Part shown: piece after piece, positions 57,673 to 64,000 of the stretch
How positions within the stretch are numbered: position 1 is the first letter of the stretch
Layout of the letters: each line of letters starts with the position of its first letter
Origin: an uncultured delta proteobacterium
GTDB taxonomy: Bacteria; Myxococcota; Myxococcia; Myxococcales; Myxococcaceae
Direction: 5' to 3'
Length of the DNA: 64,000 nucleotides
Assembly (NCBI GenBank): GCA_963713045.1
Contig: CAVQKE010000003.1
Location: 1,120,001-1,184,000 of the forward strand
Made by a program: the position numbers and the translations under genes
Notes under the pieces: generated by a model
Seen by the model: the letters and a program-made list of their open reading frames with translations, nothing else
What the model was told of the DNA's origin: nothing
Databases searched by the model: none

Positions 57673-59325
57673 ATGCCGCGCCCCCTCGCCCAGCTTCTCC
57701 TCGCCTGTCTGGCCTGTGCCAGCGCACCTCCGGTAGCCCCCGCCGCGGTCGCCGCTGCGCCCGTCCACGTGTCCTCCCCGGGCTGGAGTCGAGAAAAGCA
57801 GGCGGTGCACGTCCTCAACCGGTTGGCCTACGGGCCCTCCCCGGCCTCGCTGGCGGAGGTGCAGCAGCTCGGCGTCGAAGCGTGGATTTGGGCCCAGCTG
57901 CACCCGGAGAGCCTGGAGGACGGGGCGGTGGAAGCGAAGCTTTCCAACTTCCGCTCGCTGCAGATGAGCACCGCCGAGAGGCTGAGCGCCTACCAGCCGG
58001 AGGCGAAGCTGGCCAAGCAGCGCGGCGTCGACCTGACCGACCCCGAGGCCCGCGCCAAGCTCCTCGAGGAAATGCCGATGGGGGCGATGCCCAGACAAAT
58101 GGGCTTGGAGCTCATCGCGGCCAAGCTCATCCGCGCCACCGAGAGCCGCCGCCAGCTGCAGGAGGTGCTGCTCGACTTCTGGTTCAACCACTTCAACGTC
58201 GCCGGCCAAAAGGGCGCGGTGCGATGGATGCTGGCCTCGTACGAAACGACGGCGCTGCGTCCCCACCTGTTTGGCAGCTTCCGGGCGCTGCTCGGCGCGG
58301 TGGCGCACCACCCGGCGATGCTCTTCTACCTGGACAATTGGATGTCCACTCGGGAGGGCCTCGACTTGGCCGCGTTGCGCCGCTCTGGCGTCCCGGTGCC
58401 CAAGAAGCTGGCTGAGTTGGGAAAGCTCGGCCTCAATGAAAACTATGCCCGAGAACTGCTCGAGCTGCACACGCTGGGCGTCGACGGGGGCTACACCCAG
58501 AGCGACGTGCGCGAAGTGGCCCGGTGCTTCACCGGTTGGGGCATCGAGAAGCCACGCCAGGTGGGCACCTTTGCCTTCCACCCGCTGGCCCATGACACCG
58601 GGGAGAAGCACCTGCTCGGCACCACCGTTGCTGCCGGCGGGGGGATGGACGACGGCGAGCGCGTCCTGGACTTGCTGGCCGCACACCCGTCGACGGCGCA
58701 CTTTCTGGCGCGGAAGCTGGCGCAAAAGTTTGTCGCCGACGAGCCGCCTCCGGCGCTGGTGGAACGTCTCGCCGAGACCTACCTAAAAACGCACGGAGAC
58801 TTGAGCCAGGTGTACCTGGCCCTCTTCCAAAGCCCGGAATTCTGGAGCGAGCAGGCCTTCCACGCCAAGACGAAGACGCCGCTCGAATTCGCCGTCTCCG
58901 CGGTGCGCGCCCTCGGGGGAAATACCTACGGCGACGGGCCCTTGGTGAAGGCCGTCGATGCCATGGGAGAGCAGCTGTACCGCGCCCAGCCGCCCACCGG
59001 CTGGCCGGAGGTGGCCACCCCGTGGGTCAACGCCGGCGCCCTCGTCACCCGAATTAATTTTGCCCTGGCGCTCACCGCCGGAAGAATTCCCGGGACGCAG
59101 GTGGGGCTTCCCCCGGAGGCCCCCGGCGCCAGTCCCAGCGCCTCGGTGGACGCGCTGGCGCGCGCTGTCCTGCACGTGCCTCTCAGCGAGACGACACGGG
59201 CCACGCTGCTGCGCGCGCTGGGCCAGGGGGAAAACGACGTCATGCCCGACGGCGAACGGCGACCGATGGACTCGGCCAAGCTGGCCGGCCTGCTGCTGGG
59301 AAGCCCGGAATTCCAAAAGCAATGA
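57673..59325 (+). CDS. DUF1800-family protein, probable lipoprotein
   Basis: LA-C lipobox; LNRLAYG, FWFNHFNV, HPAMLFYLDN, NENYARELLELHTLG and KTKTP motifs; ends SPEFQKQ. Confidence 0.93.
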   Translation: MPRPLAQLLLACLACASAPPVAPAAVAAAPVHVSSPGWSREKQAVHVLNRLAYGPSPASLAEVQQLGVEAWIWAQLHPESLEDGAVEAKLSNFRSLQMSTAERLSAYQPEAKLAKQRGVDLTDPEARAKLLEEMPMGAMPRQMGLELIAAKLIRATESRRQLQEVLLDFWFNHFNVAGQKGAVRWMLASYETTALRPHLFGSFRALLGAVAHHPAMLFYLDNWMSTREGLDLAALRRSGVPVPKKLAELGKLGLNENYARELLELHTLGVDGGYTQSDVREVARCFTGWGIEKPRQVGTFAFHPLAHDTGEKHLLGTTVAAGGGMDDGERVLDLLAAHPSTAHFLARKLAQKFVADEPPPALVERLAETYLKTHGDLSQVYLALFQSPEFWSEQAFHAKTKTPLEFAVSAVRALGGNTYGDGPLVKAVDAMGEQLYRAQPPTGWPEVATPWVNAGALVTRINFALALTAGRIPGTQVGLPPEAPGASPSASVDALARAVLHVPLSETTRATLLRALGQGENDVMPDGERRPMDSAKLAGLLLGSPEFQKQ

Positions 59326-60548
59326 GCCTCTGCTTCGACCGCCGCCTCTTCCTCAAGTCCACCGGCCTGGCCTTCCTCGGCCTCGGGCTTGCCCCGGGCT
59401 TTCTCCGCCGCGCGGTGGCCCAGCCCACCAGCGGCCGGCACACCTTGGTCCTCGTCTTTCTCCGGGGCGGCGCCGATGGCCTTTCCTTCGTCCCGCCGGT
59501 GGGGGACCCGGCCTACTATGCCGCCCGGCCCACCCTCGCCCTGGCCCGGCCCGGCGCCGACGGAGGCGCGCTGAGGCTGGACGACACCTTTGGCCTGCAC
59601 CCGGCCCTCGCCGCGCTTCAGCCGCTTTGGCAGGACAACGCGCTGGCGCTGGTGCAGGCCGCGGGACTGCAGGGGGCCACCCGCTCGCACTTCGACGCCC
59701 AGGACTTTTGCGAGACCGGGACGCCGGGCTGCAAGACAACCGCGGACGGCTGGCTCAACCGCACCCTGCAACAGCTGCCGGAGCCAGGCGCCAGCGCGTT
59801 CCGCGCGGTGGCGCTGCAGGGCACCCTTCCCCGTTCGCTCCAGGGGGCCGCCCCGGCGGTGGCGGTGGAGTCGCTCAGCAGCTTTCACCTCACCGGCAAG
59901 GGTGGCCTGGAAACCTTCGAGGCCCTTTATGCCGGCGCGGTGGACGAAGCGCTGCGGACGACGGGACAGGAGGCCTTCGAGGCGCTGCGCGCCACGGCCT
60001 CGGCCGAGCTGTCGAAGAGTCCTCCGGAAAACGGCGCCGTCTACGCCAAGACGCCGCTGGCCCGACGCCTCCAGGACACGGCGCGCTTGGTGCGGGCCGG
60101 CGTCGGCCTGGAAGTGGTGGCCACCGAGATGGGCGGCTGGGACACCCACGTCGGCGAAGGCGCGGCCAGCGGGCAACTCGCCGCGCGGCTGCGCGAACTG
60201 GCCGAGGCGCTGGCGGCCTTCGCGCGCGACCTCGGCCCACGCCTGGCCCAGGTGACGCTGCTGGTGATGACGGAATTCGGCCGCACCGTGCGGGAGAATG
60301 GAAACCGCGGCACCGACCATGGGACGGCCTCCGTCATGCTGGCCTTGGGCGGTGCAGTGCGCGGCGGCCGGGTGTACGGCGGCTGGCGGGGGCTGGAGGG
60401 CCCCGGACTTTTTGAGAACCGCGATTTGGCCATCCACATTGACGTGCGCTCGGTACTCACTGAGGCGCTGCAGGCGACGCTGAAACCGAAGGACCTGTCC
60501 AGCGTCTTCCCGGGGTTTTCCGGGCCACGGGTTGGACTCTTCGGCTAA
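59322..60548 (+). CDS. DUF1501-family protein, Tat-exported
   Basis: DRRLFLK; FLRGGADG, FGLHP, RSHFDAQ, GGWDTH, TEFGRT and GTDHG motifs; ATGA overlap with DUF1800. Confidence 0.93.
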   Translation: MSLCFDRRLFLKSTGLAFLGLGLAPGFLRRAVAQPTSGRHTLVLVFLRGGADGLSFVPPVGDPAYYAARPTLALARPGADGGALRLDDTFGLHPALAALQPLWQDNALALVQAAGLQGATRSHFDAQDFCETGTPGCKTTADGWLNRTLQQLPEPGASAFRAVALQGTLPRSLQGAAPAVAVESLSSFHLTGKGGLETFEALYAGAVDEALRTTGQEAFEALRATASAELSKSPPENGAVYAKTPLARRLQDTARLVRAGVGLEVVATEMGGWDTHVGEGAASGQLAARLRELAEALAAFARDLGPRLAQVTLLVMTEFGRTVRENGNRGTDHGTASVMLALGGAVRGGRVYGGWRGLEGPGLFENRDLAIHIDVRSVLTEALQATLKPKDLSSVFPGFSGPRVGLFG

Positions 60549-60587
60549 GTCCCGGGGCTATTCGTTCCCGGTGCCGCGGGCGACCCA

Positions 60588-60603
60588 CTGAACGGCCGTT
60601 CGA
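60588..60603. promoter_or_regulatory. Possible LexA (SOS) box upstream of ogt
   Basis: CTGAACGGCCGTTCGA contains an intact GAAC-N4-GTTC core. Confidence 0.45.
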
Positions 60604-60668
60604 GGCGTCAGCCTGCCCTGGGAGAGTGGGGCCGTCTCATGCAAAGCCGTCCCGCTCGAGGTGCTTCG

Positions 60669-61265
60669 GTGTCCACGGTGGAAATTGCCTGCGTGGAGTC
60701 TCCGGTCGGCCCTCTGCTGCTCGCCGCCGAGGATGGTGCACTGTTGGCGCTCTCCTTCGCCGAGTCTGCCTCGTCGGTGCGCGGCTGGCTCGAGCGCCAT
60801 CTTGGCCCAAGCACCTTCGTCTCCGCCTCCAACCCAGCCGGCGCGGCGCGCGCCCTGGAGCGCTACTGGTCCGGAGACTTGGACGCCCTTTCCCTGGTTC
60901 CAGTGAAGCTTCGAGGCACTGGCTTCCAAGTCCGCGTCTGGGAAACCCTGCGTCGAATTCCAAGCGGCGCCACCTGGAGTTACGCCACGCTGGCGCGGGC
61001 GGTGGGGGCGCCCACCGCGCTGCGCGCCGTGGGGGCCGCCAACGGACAAAACCCGGTCGCCATCATCGTCCCCTGCCACCGCGTCATCGGCTCGGATGGC
61101 GCCCTCACCGGCTACGGAGGCGGCCTGCCGCGCAAGGCCTGGCTGTTGGCCCACGAAGGGGTGCTGGAGCCAGAGTTGCCCCTCGTCTCCCTGGACGGCC
61201 AAGCCCCCGAGTCCACGTCGCCCGGGAGTGAAACCTTCCACGACGCCGCCCTTTCCGGAGGCTAG
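60669..61265 (+). CDS. ogt: Methylated-DNA--protein-cysteine S-methyltransferase
   Basis: GTGFQ..VW, IPSG.TWSY, RAVGAANG.NP and active-site PCHRV motifs; GAGGTG SD before GTG 60669 (ATG 60639 is an alternative start). Confidence 0.95.
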   Translation: MSTVEIACVESPVGPLLLAAEDGALLALSFAESASSVRGWLERHLGPSTFVSASNPAGAARALERYWSGDLDALSLVPVKLRGTGFQVRVWETLRRIPSGATWSYATLARAVGAPTALRAVGAANGQNPVAIIVPCHRVIGSDGALTGYGGGLPRKAWLLAHEGVLEPELPLVSLDGQAPESTSPGSETFHDAALSGG

Positions 61266-61672
61266 CGGCGGCGGACGGGAATGTCTGAGCCGCGCCCGAG
61301 GCGCGTGGCCGCTTCCACTTCCAACCACGCGCTGCGGCATGCGATGCAGACGACTTTGCGTCCGTCCGGAAATGTCCTTTCGGTGGTCAGTGCCTCCGTT
61401 CCGGATTCACGCGGCCCACACCTGGGACAGGCCGAGCCTGAAGCCCGCACCGGGTAGGCATCCTGGTAGGGCGGCAGCCGAAGCAGCTTGAACCACTCCA
61501 CCACCGTCTCCTCGGACAGCGCCAGGTGCAGCGCATGGCCTTCGGCTGGTACCAGGCCATGGCGCAGGGCAATCCAATAAATGCGCAGCGGCGTGAGGTG
61601 CGTCCGCATGCCGCGCCGACGGAATTCCTCGCCCAGCCGGTGCACCATTGCCAACAGCGCGTCGCGGTCCAT
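61262..61672 (-). CDS. Hypothetical protein with a C-terminal zinc ribbon
   Basis: CPRC and CIAC cysteine pairs; ATG start; shares the CTAG stop overlap with ogt. Confidence 0.75.
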   Translation of the reverse strand: MDRDALLAMVHRLGEEFRRRGMRTHLTPLRIYWIALRHGLVPAEGHALHLALSEETVVEWFKLLRLPPYQDAYPVRASGSACPRCGPRESGTEALTTERTFPDGRKVVCIACRSAWLEVEAATRLGRGSDIPVRRR

Positions 61673-61681
61673 GGCCCTGGA

Positions 61682-61698
61682 CTGTACATATGTTCAGC
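61682..61698. promoter_or_regulatory. LexA (SOS) box, Myxococcus type
   Basis: CTGTACATATGTTCAGC matches the M. xanthus consensus CTRHAMRYBYGTTCAGS at 16 of 17 positions; AT-rich palindrome 9 nt from the ATG. Confidence 0.72.
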
Positions 61699-61754
61699 CC
61701 GGCGCGCCTGCAACCATCCGCTTGTCCGCTGCGCGGCGGGCCGAGGTGGCGGGC

Positions 61755-63305
61755 TCAGCCCCGAAGCCGCCGCGCCCGCACCAGCGCAGCGAAAGCCAGG
61801 AGCCCAGCCGTCGCCGACAGGAAGCCCGCGCTGGCGGTTGGGCCCGGGGCGAGGAAGTCGAGTGCCGGCAAGGCGTTCAGGGGCCCGAGGTACCACAGCA
61901 GCAAGTAGGTGACTTCAAAAAGACGGGGCCCCCGGCTCACCACCCCCGAGGCCAGCGCCAGCGCCGGGATGAAGAGGCTGGCCACCGCCCAGGCCAGCAG
62001 CTCCGGCCAGGCGCGGAGGACGGCGAAATGCAGCGCTGCGCCCAAGCCCACCAGCGCGGTGAAGAGGGCGCCAGCCGCATACGCCGCCGGCAGCTGTCGA
62101 CGCACCGGATGGGGGCAGACGAAGACAAGCGCCTCCGTCCGGTGGTGCGCCTCCTGGTTTCCCATTCCGGCCCAGGCCGCGAGCGGCCACAGCCAGGTGA
62201 CTGGCAAGAGGAAGCTGCGGACCCACTGGGTCGGGGCCAACAGGCAGCCGACCCAGAGTGCGGCGGCGACCAGGACCCACGGGCGCCGACGCCCGCGCGC
62301 CAACAGGGCAAATTCGGCCCACAGAAGGGTGAGGCCAGCGGAGCGTCCGACGAGGCCTTCCAGCAGGCGCCCCGAGCGCCACTGCGGCCGGCGGCCACGG
62401 GCCTTCGCGGCGGGCGTTTCAGCGGAAGGACGTAGGAGCCGCTCCGGGTCGAAGCGGTCAAAGGGCCACGCCGACAGCGCAGCCAAGGCCACAGCCACCA
62501 GCGCCCAGAAGGCGCGGGCCGGTGCCACCGCGCGCCAGTCCATCCCCTTCCAGAGGAAGGTCCGCACCGGGGTGTGCGAAGGGGTGATGCCGACGTTGAC
62601 GGCGCCCGCATAGTCGGAAAACTGCGAGGCCACCGACGCCTTCATGTCCAGCAGCGGCGCTGACCAGCCGAGGGGGTCGAGCCAGGGCTGCGGGCGGCTG
62701 GCGCCGGCAACTTGTGCCGTTGAAAGCATCAGCGCCCCAATCCACACGAAGAAGTAGAGGACGCCTCCGCGGACCCCGCGCAGCGGGCGAATTGTTTCGA
62801 AGAGGAGGGCCACCGCCGCCACCAGCGCCAAGCCCGGCAGCACCAACAGGAGAAAGGGCAACACCAGCTGCCACGGCTGGACGGGCCGCACCTCCCCGCG
62901 GAGCTGCTGCATCACCGCCGCCATCAGCAGCGTCACGCCGCCGGCGCACCACAGCACCAGGGTGTGGCTACCAAACTTGCCAAGGGTGTACTGCACCCGC
63001 GTCATCGGCGTGGTGGCGAGAATTTGCCCGACACCGGTCCGCTCGTCGCGTTCCACCGCGTCCCGGACGAGGTAGAAGCCGAAGAGCGACAGCACCACCA
63101 TCTCCAGCACCGCCACCAACGTTCCAATCCACGCCGAGTTGTAAAGGCCTCTGGTGTGGCCGAACGTCATGGTGGCGTAGCCGGCCGAGCGCGCCGGGAC
63201 GTAGCCGTAAGCCGCAGCCACCGCCGCCAGGAGGAGTGCGAGGAAGCTGGGGCGGCGCATCCGTTCGAGGAAGTCCGCCCGGGCGATGGCGAGGAGGGCG
63301 CGCAC
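61755..63305 (-). CDS. ABC exporter permease-like membrane protein
   Basis: IARADFLER and VERDERTGVGQILATTP..YTLGK motifs; two TM bundles; downstream of an ABC ATPase. Confidence 0.82.
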   Translation of the reverse strand: MRALLAIARADFLERMRRPSFLALLLAAVAAAYGYVPARSAGYATMTFGHTRGLYNSAWIGTLVAVLEMVVLSLFGFYLVRDAVERDERTGVGQILATTPMTRVQYTLGKFGSHTLVLWCAGGVTLLMAAVMQQLRGEVRPVQPWQLVLPFLLLVLPGLALVAAVALLFETIRPLRGVRGGVLYFFVWIGALMLSTAQVAGASRPQPWLDPLGWSAPLLDMKASVASQFSDYAGAVNVGITPSHTPVRTFLWKGMDWRAVAPARAFWALVAVALAALSAWPFDRFDPERLLRPSAETPAAKARGRRPQWRSGRLLEGLVGRSAGLTLLWAEFALLARGRRRPWVLVAAALWVGCLLAPTQWVRSFLLPVTWLWPLAAWAGMGNQEAHHRTEALVFVCPHPVRRQLPAAYAAGALFTALVGLGAALHFAVLRAWPELLAWAVASLFIPALALASGVVSRGPRLFEVTYLLLWYLGPLNALPALDFLAPGPTASAGFLSATAGLLAFAALVRARRLRG

Positions 63306-63318
63306 CTGGCTGGGGACC

Positions 63319-64000
63319 TCAGGCGGCCTTGGCCGACGGCCGAGGCGCCACCAACTCCAAATAGGCGTCCTCCAGCGCTGGTGGCACGTTGCGCGCGTCC
63401 GCGGCGGGCGGTCCGCTGTGGACTGCCCGGAGCTGGACGGCGCCGGCACGGCGCAGGGTGCTGGTCACCAGGAAGCGGCGTCGCAGGCTGGCCACTTCAG
63501 CCTCGGGCACCACCCACTCCCAAACGCGGCCCTCCACCGTCTTGAGCAGCGCCTCCGGCGCCGCAGAGGCCAGAAGCTTGCCCTGATGCAGAACGGCGAT
63601 GCGTTCGGCGGTGGCCTCGACGTCGGAGACAATGTGCGTGGACAGAAGGACGACGCGCTGGCCCGCGAGCTCGGCCACCAGGTTGCGGAAGCGCACCCGC
63701 TCCTCCGGGTCCAGGCCCACCGTGGGCTCGTCAATGACCAGCAGCCGCGGGTCATTGAGGAGCGCCTGCGCGATGCCCACCCGCTGGCGCATGCCTCCGG
63801 AAAACTCGCCCAACGGCACGCCGCGCGCGTCCCACAGGTTGAGAGCGTTCAGCAATTCGTCAATGCGCTGCCGCGCCGTGGCCGGCGGAAGTCCTTTGAG
63901 GGCCGCCAGGTACCCGAGGAATTCCACGGCCGACAGGTGCGGGTACACGCCGAAGTCCTGAGGCAGGTAGCCGAGGACGGCGCGCAGCCGGTCCGGGCCG
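63319..64000 (-). CDS. ABC transporter ATP-binding protein, 5' end beyond the window
   Basis: GYLPQDFG Q-loop; FSGGMRQR, IDEPT and LSTHIV motifs. Confidence 0.93.
   Translation of the reverse strand, partial: GPDRLRAVLGYLPQDFGVYPHLSAVEFLGYLAALKGLPPATARQRIDELLNALNLWDARGVPLGEFSGGMRQRVGIAQALLNDPRLLVIDEPTVGLDPEERVRFRNLVAELAGQRVVLLSTHIVSDVEATAERIAVLHQGKLLASAAPEALLKTVEGRVWEWVVPEAEVASLRRRFLVTSTLRRAGAVQLRAVHSGPPAADARNVPPALEDAYLELVAPRPSAKAA

Noticed and set aside
57574..58725. N-terminal extension of amtB as a domain fusion (likewise the ORF-track extensions of modB, the dipeptidase, the PEGA gene and the lipoprotein)
   Set aside because: The extensions overlap real neighbouring genes and reflect stop-poor GC-rich frames.

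Overview
High-GC bacterial chromosome segment, most likely from a myxobacterium (Myxococcota). This is inferred from two membrane-anchored Hanks-type Ser/Thr kinases, PEGA proteins and an operator matching the Myxococcus LexA box. It holds about 57 densely packed genes. Core genes include prfC, clpS-clpA, an InhA-like fabI, sucA-sucB, a cold-shock gene, modB-modC-modA, amtB and ogt. The rest are ABC exporters, hydrolases and peptidases, four SAM methyltransferases, an Nfu-type Fe-S carrier and many secreted proteins of unknown function. I saw no rRNA, tRNA, CRISPR array, transposase, integrase or prophage. The best leads are: (1) a convergent pair, ogt and an uncharacterised zinc-ribbon gene, each preceded by a LexA-type box; (2) a FemAB-like DUF482 gene overlapping an Arg-gatekeeper clpS and clpA, possibly an N-degron module; (3) a bacterial Rsm22/METTL17 homologue with four candidate Fe-S cysteines; (4) several structured non-coding elements (about 240 nt next to prfC, a compact cloverleaf, a Moco-riboswitch-like leader of the mod operon); (5) a secreted protein with a His-periodic 9-aa repeat tail. 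All family assignments come from motif recognition by eye; no database search was run.
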